NCBI GenBank assembly: GCA_951406725.2
Contig: OX597825.1
Location: 3,596,001 to 3,660,000 of the forward strand
DNA length: 64,000 bases
DNA from: Octopus vulgaris
Taxonomy: Eukaryota
Reading direction: 5' to 3'
The notes beneath the pieces were generated by a model. The model was not told where the DNA came from. It saw only the letters and a list, made by a program, of their open reading frames with translations, and did not search any database. A program made the position numbers and the translations under genes. Shown here piece by piece: positions 26,106-41,555 of the stretch (position 1 is its first letter; the number at the start of each line of letters is the position of its first letter).

Positions 26106-27469
26106 ATACATATATACTACATGCACAAATATATGTGTATATGTGTTTCTTGTTTTTTGTATCTAAAATTTTATCAGATGTGTATCCACTGTGATAATTA
26201 TCTTTGCTGTAAAAATAAACCATTCTGCTGCCGTACTGAAACTACAGAAAGCTTTGGAGATAATTCTGCTATACAAATGCTATCTACGTAAAGGCGAAAC
26301 ATTCTCTGGTGTCAACGGTGGTTTATATCCTAGAATATAACTACCATATTATCTTTAAACTCAATTACACTGTCTAAAAATAGATAAAAGTAGGTTACGT
26401 TTTGGAATATGTGGAACTTTATACATTATAAACCTAAGAAAAGCGTGTATTAACAACCTCTTGACAACTGTCGGCGAATAAATAAAATCAACTAAAATTT
26501 CGCTTGAGTCGCATCAGAAAGAAAAACAACAACACTAAATTTAAATAAATTTACGCATCGCGTCGGTCACTACGAAATTTCATTAATCAAAAGTAGGCGG
26601 GATACGAAAGGCATCTTAGGGAGTATCATCCCTGCCTTCCCGAGCTAGTTTTCCACGACATTTCTTAAAAATCATGGTCGATGCATTGTCTCGGAACCAC
26701 TGATGTCTAGAAACTCAGGTTACTGGTAAGCAGGGCCATACTCTCCGTAGAAAATCCAGCTCAGTAAAAACCTCATGACAATAGCAAGAAAACATGGGCA
26801 CCAACCAGCCAAAAGTTTGAACTGCACTTCCCTACATCAAAACGGAAAGTGCAAACCCTTATCCTAGGTCACTCAAGCATTCGAGAACGTGAATACAAAA
26901 TTTTGGAGGTTGTCTTCGCTCTCCTGTTTGTGTGAATGATCCGCTAATAGAAACATTCGGTGCCATGCATTAGTCTCTGTGTTTGAGCAATGACACTAAA
27001 AATTACTGCGAAAAATAGAGACATTCGGATTGAGCAGGCAAAAAGTAGGATATGGGGTATCGGTATATGCGCACGGTGTCACAATAGATGTGTTGGACAC
27101 TGGACGCATTCAGATGATCGGCACGATTAATGGTGGGAAATTTCATGACATTCTCCGTGAAACACATTTCGCCGATCGAATATAAGTAACTGGTTTGCTC
27201 CATAGAAGATTCGTATCGCACCACATAACTTCCAAAACCTCTTGACGTGGGTGTGCCACTGAACGAGTATGCGGGTTTGTGACAAACTCCTCAGATATGA
27301 AGGTGAGGATGAACTACAGCCTGCACGCTGTGGACAAACCGTTCTGTTGCTCGCATCTAGTGTAATATATATATAGCATTCGGTGATTGCTATATTATCG
27401 ACAATGATATGAACAATTATTATGACCAATGCTTTGATAAACTGGTGAAAAATCGGGACGAATTTCACG

Positions 27470-27610
27470 CCTGGTTTGTTCTGCCTCTTTCTGTTGTAAG
27501 ATCAAATCCTGTTAATGCCAACTTTGCATTCCCTACTTCGCGGGGTCAATCATAAACTATAACCGATGTAATCGACAATGTTTCCTGAAATTGCTAGGGC
27601 TGTGCTTAAT
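27470..27610 (+). mobile_element. SINE family 1, highly degenerate fragment
   Basis: gatcaaatcctg..caactttgcattccctacttcgcggggtcaat..cgatgtaatcgac..aaattgctagggctgtgct. Confidence 0.55.
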
Positions 27611-28257
27611 TACGCTCGTTTCGACAACATATTTATTAGTTATATCACTTTTCATTCAACTCTTGTCTACTTCGATAATCCTTTACTATTTTGGAGACGA
27701 AGATAAAGAAATCAACGATCGAAATATTTCATTTCACTTAGTGTTATCCCTTGTATGATATCTAGCTTTGAGCTAACATAATTCTATAATAAAAAAGAAT
27801 CTGCTGAAATAAATTTTTAATTCATAGATTTATTACAATTGTTATACACTGTTAGTAAGCTTCACAGTATTTCGGCGACATTTTACTAATAAAACATCTC
27901 CCCCAGGTTTCGATCGTTTGAAAGTTCTCATAGACCGTTCATGAAAGATTATTTCGATATTATTTCAATTATAGATATAGTGGTAATCGTATAATGGGTA
28001 TTAGCCACATATTGATTCTTCTGGTTACTTGTACAAAATTAATACCGTTTAAGAGAAGGATTTGTTCATTATATACTAAATGTAAAGAAAACAGTAGCTA
28101 AGCTTCGACGGAAGATTTGTACTTGAAAATTGCATACGGACAAAAGATTTTGTTCTTCCTCAGGCGTTGACAAACCTCAGGAAATATGATGAATAATCTT
28201 TTATCCGTAGACGGCTTTCAGAAAAGATTCTGTTTCTAAATTCCATATTAATCACCT

Positions 28258-28335
28258 GACAATAAAAGAAATTTGGTAATTAGTAAATGTATTACAGACG
28301 ATAAAAGGAATTTGGTAATTAGTAAATGTGTTATA
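28258..28335. repeat. 39-bp tandem duplication
   Basis: gac(a/g)ataaaag(a/g)aatttggtaattagtaaatgt(a/g)tta(c/t)a occurs twice in tandem. Confidence 0.9.
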
Positions 28336-28499
28336 GGCACTGAAAGAATTATATTTATCAATCTTTGAATCCATAATTTTTGATGCTAGTGCTAATCACG
28401 AATATCGCAATCTACAGCATTATCCTGCGGCATGTTACATATGTTGACGACATAACAATGTGTTCTACATAGTATATCCTAAGTGCAACTAAAGGACAT

Positions 28500-28533
<34 letters not shown>

Positions 28534-28867
28534 GAAGCAATATATCTAAATAAATTATGGGTCAGTCATGTCTTGCAGGCTTTTGAAATTGTGTTTATCA
28601 ATTTGAGTTGAAGTATTCGTGGAAGTTCAAAATATATTTCAAAGACAACACTTGTTTGTAATGATTCCAGTTAACATTATCAGCAAAACTTATCAGGATT
28701 TGAAATTTTGCTTACTGAAAACAATAAAATTGTCATGCTCTAGTATTGGCTAAACGTAGAATGAATAGTTTATGCGCATAAAGCTAATGATCTTCATCTT
28801 TAGGCTAAGATAGTGGTTTTCAAATACATTTCGAATTAATATATATATTAATATATATATATATATA

Positions 28868-28932
<65 letters not shown>

Positions 28933-29603
28933 GTTTCGAATTAATATATATATATATATATATTTGCTATATATTTACGATACTAGAGGAGAAACAACAT
29001 TGCTTATCTGAAGCAATATTTTCTTCGTGAAATAGATTGATTGACGATTCTTGTCAAGGACATTTTATGAATCATATCTTAAACATCCTCCCCACGAATC
29101 TTCAAGTTGCTGCATAAATCAGATTGAAATTAATTAATGATTAAATATCTATGGAAGTATTGTGAATGTATGAGGAACCTATAGTGATATCTGACGCTAA
29201 AACAATCGATACATAGATAGATGTTGGTGGCAGCTTTTTGCTGTCAAATGAGGAAGTCATTGTAGTATGTGCTTATAAGTACGGAACATATTTTATGCTA
29301 ATTCTAAATTACAATGTTACTAATATAACATTTATAACTTGTTTTTGTAAATTTTAATTATTCTTTTTGATTTGAAACATTTGATCAAAGGTTTGTTGAG
29401 ATTGTTTTTGCTTCTTGCTTTTCTCCTTAATGCGATTCCGAAACATGTAGGTTTTTTTGTATTTAAGCGTACTTGACGTTCAGTAATTTGTAAATGAATC
29501 CTTGATTTAATATAGTTATTTTAGCATATTATTTATATTATGCAAATATAGATATATGAGTGTGTGCGTGTGAGTGTGCATACATATATCTATAAATATA
29601 TAT

Positions 29604-29665
<62 letters not shown>

Positions 29666-32241
29666 ATGTATGTATATGTGCTTACATATATGCATATATA
29701 TATTATATATATATATATATATTATATATATATATATATATATTATTGTGTCTGGTGAGTGTCAATTTCTTTTTGTGCTTTATAATTTAACACACTTACC
29801 AGTAAAAAATTCCACTTATTTCATATTTTTAATTTTATATAAAATAAAAAAGAAACAAGTGGAAATTTAACCAGCGCGTGTGTTAAATCATAAGTCACAA
29901 AGACAAAATGACTCTCCCCAGACACAACAGAATATGCTTTAACACACGAACTCACATACATAATCTTGCAAAACAAATCCCGAAACGAAATATATACGTA
30001 TATGCTTGTGTGCGTGTGTCTATGTATGCAGGGAGTGTATATGTGAGTGGCTATATGTGCGTGTGCTTATGTATGCACGGAATATATATGTGAGTGACAA
30101 AGTTTGCCTTGAGATTTTTAAGTCTTTTGTGTACATTGTAACAGAAATTTGTCTGATCACTCTAGCATGCATGCCAGTTAACCGAGTAAAGTCTCCCTTG
30201 ATAGCCGGAATAAAAATTTAATATTCATCAGTGTCGTTATTAGCTTTACAATAATCTTGAATATGCGATGAGATTCCCATTTTCAGTTGAATACACTTCA
30301 GTTGGTGTATAAAATCATTGATAACTTCACAATAGTTAAAATGCAATATAATTTTCTGCAAATGTGATCTTCTTAATTACAGTAACTTTCGACGCAAATT
30401 GAGATTCAAGAAAAAAATTCTAAGTTACTTGAATATTCGTCTTTCTAATAACTGGAGTCATACGATTAATGATAACAAGAATAATTGGCTCATTATAAAA
30501 TTTGAATATTTCATTCTTTTCCTTCCCTGATAGTATATCAGTATTTCATTCATTAGCTTAACTGTTTCATGATTCCTCAACTACCAAATGTGACACTATA
30601 TTTAACTCTGTGAATGCAACTCTAAATTCCAGTTACATAACGCATATTGCCATCAGAAATATTCAGACAATTTTGGAAAAATCAATTATATACTTTATTA
30701 GACTGTAGGAAATTTTAGTGCAATATCAACGAAAATATATGTAGATAATCACAGAGTCTAGACAATACTTTTATTACGTCACAAGGAAATAAATTTGGCA
30801 TTATTCCGAGACATACAAAACTTATTTAGACATTTTTATTAACTTCCCAACAGAGTGTCTTGTCAGAAATGACTCTTACAGAAAGATTAACTTATAAGTG
30901 TTCACATGACATTCATTTGTAATGATATATAGAAATATGTATTCAGAAGTTAAACTATTTCTTATAGAAAACGGATTTGATGGTGCCATAGGTGGATGCA
31001 GATTTATGCATTGCTACATGGAAACGCTTTAATCAGTATTTATAATAAAATGTCAAAAATAAAATTTGCAAGAAGACTAATTGATGATCACCCATATGTT
31101 TCTCTCCAATGTATATCGCGTGAAATATGAGATGTTTTCAAACCCTTCAGTACAGATATGCTGTGTAGTTTCTTGTTACATACAAACCAATAATCTTTGA
31201 GAGAAACTCAGGAAATATTTCGATATTGTGATAGGATATATCTCTTTCGTAAGAAGCTAAGCAGTGTTCTACTCCTGTCATTTTCACTGAAAGAAATCGT
31301 TCGTGCAGTGTAGCCAAGGACTGAAAAGATGACTTTACACACCCCACCACAAAGAAATTTTCATCAAACAGGGAATTTGAAAAGATAAAACTTTGATGTC
31401 AGCACATTTTAATCGCACCCACTGTCAACCGTAACAGAGCAGAAACCCCTCGATCTGCGTGATGATCACATACACAGAATACTTCGCATTGCCCGGCACA
31501 ATTATGTAAAATATACGTAATTGAATGACTGTCAATCACCCAAATCATTCACTAGACAAGATTCTCCTTCAGTTTAGGATTGCTATCGGGATTTTCCTAA
31601 GGATTACAAACAGTATGGCACTCACAGTTATAGAGATGATTCTTCTATCCATTGTTTTCATGAATTCAACTCTTCTGCTGATATATATTATGTGGTGTAA
31701 CATTTCATGAAAAGACGCCTTAAATCCGTAATATATATTTTGAAACACAAACTTCCCAAAAAGCGTACAGGTTATTTTATTCCCCAAACAAATCAGAAAA
31801 TATAATTATCTCCACTACAGAAATGAGATTTGCTTCCATTTCCCAATGTCACTTCTCTGGTTTTCATTGCCAGTTTCTGATACTGCCGACAATTCTCCAA
31901 AACACAAAATACACCACATTATGCAAAGCAGTGTATTAAAATAGGAAGGACATAATCGATAATCTATCAACAATATAGCAACAGTAGCCAGATGCAGGTT
32001 TCGCAGTTTACTATAATTAAGTAAAAACAAGTGCTCTTCAGATTGCTTCTGTAATGATCTTGGTGCCTCCACAGAACACGCCCGTTGCTTCAAAATTTTA
32101 GGCATTCTACATGTCACCCACTCCTTGGAATCTCTAATTGCAATTGCTACTAGAATTCTACCAACATTCTCTTTCTCATATGTACGTCTACATATGACAT
32201 TCTAACACTTTTATCTTGTTACATGAATATATATGCAAATG

Positions 32242-33016
32242 CAGGGAGCGATGGGTAAAGTGTCGTCATTTTATATTTGTAATTTCTCACTAGCGAATTG
32301 TTTGGTTCTGATTTTGTCAGAGCATAGTGGGGTCAGTTGGCCACTGTCTGTGAGAAAAATAGTACCACGACGCAAGTCACTCTCCAGAACTCTCGAACCG
32401 GCATGCTGTACAGCCTGACATTCTCGTCGAAAGCAGCGATACGAACATATCTGAGTATCTAAGTCAATCTGAGGACAGTGGAATCTAAGAACATGTACCG
32501 AGAGTGATAGATATGGAAAACATCCAGTCAACCTCATTGTGTTTGGAGTGAACATTAGCGATGGTGATGTTATACCTCCATTCATATTCCCACACGACCC
32601 CAGACTGAACCCGAACGCCTGGGTCAATTGCCTGGAGGAGGTAGTGCTGTTCTGGATCAAGAGGGTGGCTGCTGGGAGATCCTATTTCTGAAAACAGGAA
32701 GCTGTTCCGTAACAAACACATCATTCCTCAGCCTGCAACTCCCTTGACAATTAATTGTGGGACGCAGTTGAGTGAGAAACAAGCAAATCTTCTGAACTGA
32801 AGGCAGGGATTATGGCTGTCCAGAAGAGTTGCAGAAGATTCCGAAGTCGTCTGGAGGCCATGGTTGAAGCCAATGGCGATTTTATTGAATACATTTGCTC
32901 TTTCCTATTTGTAGATATTTGTGGATATCTTTGTGTAATTTTGATAAATATATCTGTTAAAAAGAGATGTTTCATTTTTGCCTAATTTAGACGATAGTCT
33001 ATTCACCCGCACCCTG
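32242..33016 (+). mobile_element. Tc1/mariner superfamily relic, maT (DD37D)-like, internally deleted
   Basis: Imperfect TIRs cagggagcgatgggtaaagtgtcgtc and gacgatagtctattcacccgcaccctg-TA. Translation KHPVNLIVFGVNISDGDVIPPFIFP..CLEEVVLFWIKRVAAGRSYF*KQE, CNSLDN*LWDAVE, KSCRRFRSRLEAMVEANGDFIE. Confidence 0.85.
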
Positions 33017-33726
33017 TATATATGTGTATGTGTCTGTGTGTTTGTGAATCATCTTATGTATATACATATATATGTGCATATGTATATTTAGAAAGAGAGG
33101 GAGAGACGGGGATAGTGAGAGGCCAAGGAGAGAGACATGCACACAAACACTTATATAAATTATTCAATATTATCTGTGTAATGACATTCAATCATGGATT
33201 TAAAAGATTCCACATGTCATGACACTGCAGGGTTATCACGTGAGTGGCATAAACGTCTCTGTATAGAATTTATATAAATATAGAAATATTATAGGTTAAG
33301 AAAACGCAAATTACAGACTTCCATTGCAAAATACAAATTCCGTCTGCGAGCAGTGGCAACGGCTGCTTGTTGTTGAGCTTTCAATTTCATCTCATTTCAT
33401 AAAATATTATATAAATACTTACATAAACAAATACGACCCAGCAGCAGTTGTGTCGACATAGCATTGGGTAGTCTGTTTAAAAAGAACTACTGAATCACAT
33501 TCAATTTCCTCTCGCCTGTGTGCATTTTTATAATTAGCTTTCTATCTCTGCCGAGTAACACATTGATTCGAGGCGACACAAGATATAAATATCCCAAGGA
33601 CAGCAGAAATCGAAATACATATTTCGAGAGAGAGAGAGAGAGAGAAAGACAGAAAGAAAGAAAGAAAGAAATGGAGAGACCAAATTCATAAATGGTAGCG
33701 AAGAAAGAAATTAACCCATATATATA

Positions 33727-33831
<105 letters not shown>

Positions 33832-35803
33832 GAGAATATAAGATTTAGAAAATTTCAAAAGTATCACAACCTGCACCTAATAAACGTAGAGAAATACTGG
33901 AAAAATTACCTGATGCATCTAGTATGTTAATGCCGGCTGATGAAACCGGAAATATATATAGAAAACCCATCATGAAAGAAAATTAATGCTAAACATTCAA
34001 CAACGGAGACACTGAGGGATAAATTAAGAGAATTGAATTAGTTTTGTAATTAATGGTAGAGGGAAGAACAAAACTGTATTCATTTTGGAAAAATCTAGAA
34101 TTAGTCTTACATGGGTAGAATTAGGAAGACTATTATGTACAGATTTTACTGTCGGTAAGATCCTTAATTAAGCATACGCAATGGTCGTATACACAAGATG
34201 TTATTAGTTAAACAGACTAGAATTCTTTTTAAAATGTAGTATGTTTATATAACTACATATCTATAATTATTACGCAAATGTCCATCCAATATTATTAACA
34301 AAGCATTCATATTCGCCAAACGCACCTCTGATTTATCTAAGGGGGGGATTGACATTGTCCAACAGTTGATTACTATGAAAAACAATCGAATAGAATTGAT
34401 TGCTTTGATATAACGACGGGATCAAATGACTCATCACTGGTCACTGATCTCATTACTATTTTAATTTTTGTCCACATTGAATCCTGGTTTCCTAACTTAG
34501 AGGTGGAGAATTCTATATATGGATGATTATCAGTTTCTGACAGACAATTGTAGTGGAGTCGAAAAGGAAACACAGAAACAGAAAACTGTACAACTTCTTT
34601 AAAATGTAGGGCTATATATAGTTGAAAACGAGTTAAATTGGTAAATCTGTTAGATATAATTAATTTTATACAAAGAAACGTTTGAACCATTCCTGAACTA
34701 AATGAGTATCGAAAATATGTAAACAATTTTCCCGAAAATCCACTGTAACATCTATTGTCTATATCCCATTTAAATACACTCAGGCAATATCAGATAAATA
34801 GCATGTCGTGGTATTACTTACACTTCTGACCTAGTTTTACCACGAAGAACACATACACCACAATAAGGCTAGGAAAATCCCCACCAATATCAAACCAGCA
34901 TTTCCACATGAATTGAATCTATAATCTATCGTCTGCAAACATTTCGATCATTCTCTTACCTGTGAAATAATTCATAATGCCTTATAGGTGACCGTAATGC
35001 TTTCTATTTCAATGACGGTGAGTCAATATAACAAGCGGATGTCGTCATCTATTGCAATTACTTCCAGTATATCAACATTGATTTGAGTCAGTCATTAACG
35101 TCAATCTTCTCCATCACATTGATTCGTCTTTCCATGAAGAAAGAATAATGACTTTCGTTCCATTCCATATTCTGGAAACGTGTACTACTGCACATATAAA
35201 TAGAATGCTGTAGCAAGTGAAATTTTACGGACATAGCAAAATACTGCGATGCTTTTCTTCTATTTCTAGCATAACTGACATATGGGATGTTTCTAACAAT
35301 TGGTGTCTTTATTTCATTGCTGGATCAGTATGAATCTCATTCATCTACACGCTATAAATGCTTTGCAAAAAGCAAGTGTTTGCTCCGTTCCCGTTTCTCT
35401 TAGACAATAATAACAATTGTTATGTGAAGACGTACTGCAGCGGAGGCATCTTGGGCAACGATCAAATAGATTCACACAACTCAGGTAGATTTCTTTTAGT
35501 TTTCTTAACCACATATATATTATCTTTCTCCCCATTCATCACCCTCTTGTACTATCGTATATCTCTCCCCACTACTACACACTCAATAACACTATAAAAA
35601 GAGTCAAAACTCCCTGCAAGACCTTAGTTCAATTTGACGACTCCACTAGAATGGACGAAAGCGCTATAATATGATATATAATATATGATGTATAAAAACA
35701 TGTAGCATACAAATAAATATCTGTAAATATAAAGCCATTCGAATTTCTGACTACCTCATTTCTTCTAATATAAAATATCGGTACAATATCTCCAAACCTT
35801 CTA

Positions 35804-35862
<59 letters not shown>

Positions 35863-36297
35863 CAAACACAAGCACATAGTCTCTATCACACACGCACACA
35901 CAAACACACACACACACATACAGAAACACAACATACACACATTTCATTTAATATATGCGATTTACAAAGGAGCTGTTAATAGTTTCATGCGTTCAAGAAA
36001 TAATGCAGGGTGAGATTTGTATGACATTTTAATTATTTCCCTAAAGCATGACACTCTTACGGGTTCTTCTGCAGAATATTATATAAATTGCGTTTACCTT
36101 CCACTAGACAGATTAATTTTTTGTGGATTCTACCCATAACAAAACCGAGCAGTATATATATGTATGTGAGTGTGTGCGTATATGTATGTATGCACACACA
36201 CACATGTATATATATATATATATATAAAACTCACAATGGTCCAAAAAGAGACCTCTCTTAGTTTTACTATGACTGCAGGCGTATGTGTGTGCAGTTG

Positions 36298-36450
36298 ACT
36301 TGTTTCTGTTTCTTTCTACCAAATCCACTGAGAATATTTTGATTTGGTCAAACTAGTGCTATGCTACAAGACACTTGCCCAGTCTGCCACGTAATGAGAC
36401 TGAATCCTGATACTATGTGGTTCGAATACAAAGGCCTCATGATACAAAAC
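36298..36450 (-). mobile_element. SINE family 2, degenerate head region
   Basis: tctaccaaatccact..agacacttgcccagtctgccacgtaatgagactgaatcctgatactatgtggtt is the reverse of a tRNA-like head and resembles 42622-42715. Confidence 0.6.
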
Positions 36451-37689
36451 TAATTTTCATGATAAACCGCCTGTGGGAAGGTTTAAGTTGAATATCAAAT
36501 ATTGTTTCATTCACATAATAGCTGAAATAGGAAGGTAAACATAATTTTGTTCAACCTGTCCAAGGGTATTCGAGTGAACACCAACATGCAGAAGAATAAA
36601 CAAAACACAAATACGTCTTATGCCGAAAAATAAGAAAGAAGTTATATCGCCATAGAACATCAATGTACTTGCATTACTCTCAGTCGATGATCAATAAGAT
36701 TATTCTTCAGACATATCTCACTAATGTGCTAAAAAATGTTACTAGATTTCTCTATGAAGAAGGAAATTCTATTTGTATGCTTACAAATTCACCCAAATCA
36801 TGTGTACATTCGGTACGATATCGATTTATACACCAATAAAAATGTGTATCGAGGGAAAATCATCATACATGATAAGCGACAATTATATTAGATTATCTTA
36901 TACTCGATTTGATTTTTCTTTGAATCTCGAGGCGATACGATTTGAAACAATACAACATAAATTGCGACATATCCAACTTTGCTGGGCATAAACGTACATT
37001 TAAGATAGTTATGCCGTTTAGTATGTCATTTACAAATGCACTTCGTCAGAAATAAAGATATTCGTACTAAATAGAATATTCACATTTTCATACACACACA
37101 CATATACGTACACACACGCAAATTGGCAATGCGTTCCATTATGTTTCTAAAATGTTCTTCATGATAAAATTAGTTTAGCATTTTTTATCTTGTCATATTT
37201 TCCTTATTTTCCTTATACACACACGCACACAGACACACATACACACACATACACACACACACACACATACACACACACACACATATATATATATATGCAT
37301 AAACATACATGGATGTATGTATGTGTGTGTGTATACATATGCCAGGTCACGCTTGAGCGATACTGGTACCATGTAATCCAGTACAACCTGTCACATGGTC
37401 GGATCATCGGCAAGTAAGGAGTCAACCCAACCAAGTGTGATTGTTGGGCAGATTGCGGGACCAAAAAATTTGACCCGTCAAAGGGTGAAAGAGCTAGAGT
37501 GTAGTCAACGGCCATTGAACAGCGTGTGTTTGTTGACATGCGTGTGAAGTATTTGTTGTTTGTGTGTGTGTCTGTGTGTGTGTATTGCATATATTGTATC
37601 TCAATTTATATTCCTATTTTTACCCATTTGTATCTCAATTTTTAATTCTTACTCTAATTCTTTTTTTTTTTTGGTATGAGGAATAGATA

Positions 37690-39150
37690 GGGGTCGGACA
37701 GATTTCCTTTGTGTACCCAAGCCGTGACGAAAGCAGTCTATGTAGGAGAAGATAACTCCGAATTTAAATACTTTACTGCTGCTTCGTAGTTAACCTTTTA
37801 TTGGGCAAATACTAGAAGTATAGACACTACCAAACAATGAAAGTTGATATCATAATAAAGCAAATGACAAAAAGCGTTTTGGAACAGTTTGTCCTATGCT
37901 TTGTCCGGGTAGGTGTCCTAGGCACCACAGCCTGGAGTCGGTCGTTATCCTACTACTTTAAGTCAATTCTGGTTAAAATGCAAGCCTGTGAACATAGGAT
38001 GCTGGAGCGTTCGAACTTTACTAGGCAATGATTGTCTAAAATCACGTCCAGAGAGAATATCCTCGCTTGCTGCAAAAGACTTACAGCGATAAGATATGAC
38101 TGTTGTAGCTTTAACCTAAACAAGTATTCACGTAACAGGGAATTTTGTAGAGAAATCTGCTGGGTACCATTTATTTTGTGGCGGTAGAGATGAGCTCTAT
38201 AAGAGAGAACCAGGAATGGGGTTTGCAATCAAACCACCCTGGTTTCAAAACTTGAGGAACTGCCACGGGGTCATTCTGATCGTTTGAGATTTGAAGTTTT
38301 CAAGATTTCCGCTAAGAAAAAGGTCGCTATGCAACAGTCATAAGTACATATGCTCGAACTATGAATTCATCATACGATGATAAACGTGTGTTCTATCTAT
38401 CACCTACAGAGGTAATACACATAACGTGCTTACACATTTGACATTTTAGGTGATTTTAATCTGCGTTGGTGCAGATTAGGAGACCTGGGGTCTTAGGAAG
38501 GCCTGGGTTTACGAGTTCCAACAATTAGAAATGTGCGGAGAGATGGATTTGTGTGTTATGAACACAATGTTTCAACTAAAAGATGATTGAAACTTTTATA
38601 CTGGTATGGTCAAACTCTGGAAAGTGTGTCAACATTTATGTCTTCAGAAATTATCTGGATTACTGCTGGTCTTGATGATGAAAATTCATATAGAATCATC
38701 AGGGCAATTGTGTTTTTGGTAGGCTTGATAGGAGTCTCTGAACACGGCATCATATATCTTCAAACTTCAAAAATTAAAGTTAAGGTATATAAAACGTGTG
38801 TCCTGCCATGTTTGCTATATGGGAGTCAGACATGAGTTAATTTCCGTAAGCACCTGGAACGATACCATCAATACTGTCTGAGAAACGTTTGTGGGATAAT
38901 CTGGAAAAGGGCCAGAAGTAATGTGGAGGTGCTTGTGAGGAGTGTCAGTAGAAGTATAGAGGCAATGATTAGACAAAGACAAGTTAGGTCGGAGTGACAT
39001 CTGGTGAGGATGATTGATAAGAGACTACCCAAGCAACTATTGTCTGGTGAGCTGGAAGACGACCGGAGACCAGCGCATAAGCCTAAACTAAGGTTTAAAG
39101 ATTGCCCTAAAATGCTATAAATGGCCCTAAAATGCTATAATACAGACAGG
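37690..39150 (+). mobile_element. RTE-clade LINE relic: AP endonuclease N-half fused to the post-RT C-terminus
   Basis: EN motifs NIGCWSVRTLL, GMGFAIK, VISTYARTM..DKRVFY, LGDFN. Then GQTLESVSTF, KVYKTCVLPCLLYGSQT*, ERYHQYCLR, HLVRMIDKRLPKQLLSGEL..PKLRFKD. No RT core lies between them. Confidence 0.88.
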
Positions 39151-39991
39151 AATTGATCACATTTTTCTTGAAGCATCAGGATTTTAAGGATTTTAATTCA
39201 TGTAAGAAGGGTTCTGAATAATCAGGAATATAGAGAAATATGAACCAGAGTTCTTTGAATGAGCTATCAGACTGTATTACAGAAATCACACATTACAAAA
39301 ACTATGAAATTTGGACGCAACGAAGATGAGTATTCGTGATTACAAAATGGGTCAATCACGACGGGACTGGAAAAATGCAAAATTGATTTATTTGATCACC
39401 CAAAGCGGTAGAATTTACATATAATAAAATAACGTATATATTGATAAGCACAATCAATTCTGAGTGATGAAACAATTTATGAGTCATTTATTACTGCGCA
39501 TGCAATGGTACTAAATGTATCATTGTGTTTACAAGGAGTGTTTGCCATTAAAGGAGAAACAATACGGATTTTTCGCATATGTTCAAAACCTTAAAAGGAA
39601 TGCAAAATGTTTTTCTCAGTGGATGATTCGATTTGGCGCTTTTATCATGAAAGTTAATAATATAATGTATAGATAGAATTATTTCCATTATTTTGATAGT
39701 TGTACAAGTATATATTGTAAAATGTTTTGAAAAACAGGTGTGTCTGTATTTTATTAGCACCAAATGAACTAGATTCCGGAAAATAAAAGGAACAGGATGG
39801 ACGTAATGCACACCAGGCGGATTATAATTGGATTTAGTGTTGCCTAGGCATTATAATAAGGATAAAAATGAAAATACAAATTGTAAATTAGGCAGCAGAC
39901 GATATGAGAAACAACATAGCGGCAAAGGGAGAGCAATCTGCAGAGCTGGATACATACAGGCATGCATAAATACATCCACACATACATATAA

Positions 39992-40048
<57 letters not shown>

Positions 40049-40086
40049 TATGTACATACACACACACACATATATATATATACACG

Positions 40087-40119
<33 letters not shown>

Positions 40120-40785
40120 ATAGAGATAGAGATATTAAGTAAGAAGTTTGCATGAAGAAAAATAGGTAATCTCAGATAATATGAGAGCAATTTATTTTGA
40201 ATCTAGCAGCAGACAAATAAATGAAGCTTAGTAAAGGTGACTTAACCACCAGTTGCAGTATCTCTGCTGCAGAGACGCTGCAAATCGTCGTTGATGTAAT
40301 GTGTGATACTATTGCAAATGATCTCATGTGATTGGCGTAAGTAGGGAATTTAGCAATATTATTCCTATACGAATTTCAATAATTCTCGATAGTCTAATAT
40401 GGCAAGTCTATAATTTGGAAAAAGCTATTTACAATATAGGAATTACATTGTTAGCTAGGAAGTACATTAGATGTTCTATTTCAAATAAAACACCTAACAT
40501 TTTGGTGCTTCTTCTATAGTGATTCTCTTCGTCCTACTTTGCCAATAACAAAATAATCAGCATTACATATCTAAGAGTATTAGAGCAACTAGTTTTCACT
40601 AACATACTGAGATAAAAATCAGTCAACAAAACAATTTCAATAATGAAAAAAAAAATGTGGTACTTCGCCAAATGCAATATTTGCTAAGATTATGAAACCT
40701 ATGTTGCCCAGAATTAAGTTAGATAACACAGATATTTTCTATCAAATCAAATATTAGCGCTCATCTATAGATGGCGTTTTAGTAA

Positions 40786-40948
<163 letters not shown>

Positions 40949-41197
40949 GTAAATATAGTATATATGTATATATGTTTTATATTTTGTGTGAGTGCGTGTG
41001 TATAAGTGTATTTTTTAAAATCTTACGAAAATATCTTTCGATAGTAACATTAGTTCAAGAAATATTCTTTTGTATTCAGTGGAGACAGTGAAAGCATCCA
41101 TCAGCACAGATTGAATTGTCTGTTGACAGAAGGTTTTATAAACATTTATTTTTTTTTACAAAAACATGATTTTTCTAATACTAGCACACACATATAC

Positions 41198-41264
<67 letters not shown>

Positions 41265-41486
41265 TATGAATCGCATTTAGAATTAGAGCAAAGAGCATCT
41301 ATGACTGAAAAAATAAAATAAAACCCATCCCTTTAAAAAAGAGTTAATTGTTCATAAGTATATTTGTCTGATTAAAGCATATAACTGTAAGTATATAACA
41401 TTCTTATCAAGATATTTGAATACAATTCCACAGGTTTTTCTCTGTATAATGTATATATATATATGTGTATATATGTATGTGTGTGT

Positions 41487-41555
<69 letters not shown>

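Noticed and set aside
26550-27350. GC-richer block, possibly an old LINE 5' region; similar blocks at 3170-3560, 20000-20520, 46200-46870, 53960-54460 and 62300-62530
   Set aside because: No diagnostic motifs could be read reliably, so they were left unannotated.
28825-28962. Duplicated tac(a/g)tttcgaattaat followed by (TA)n
   Set aside because: Explained by slippage or an assembly artefact at a TA tract.
33935-33955. ctgatgaaaccggaaa as a minimal hammerhead
   Set aside because: No stem II pairing and no flanking stems.
35404-35484. 81-nt symmetric candidate exon (NNNNCYVKTYCSGGILGNDQIDSHNS)
   Set aside because: Weak donor (gtagat) and no recognisable homology.
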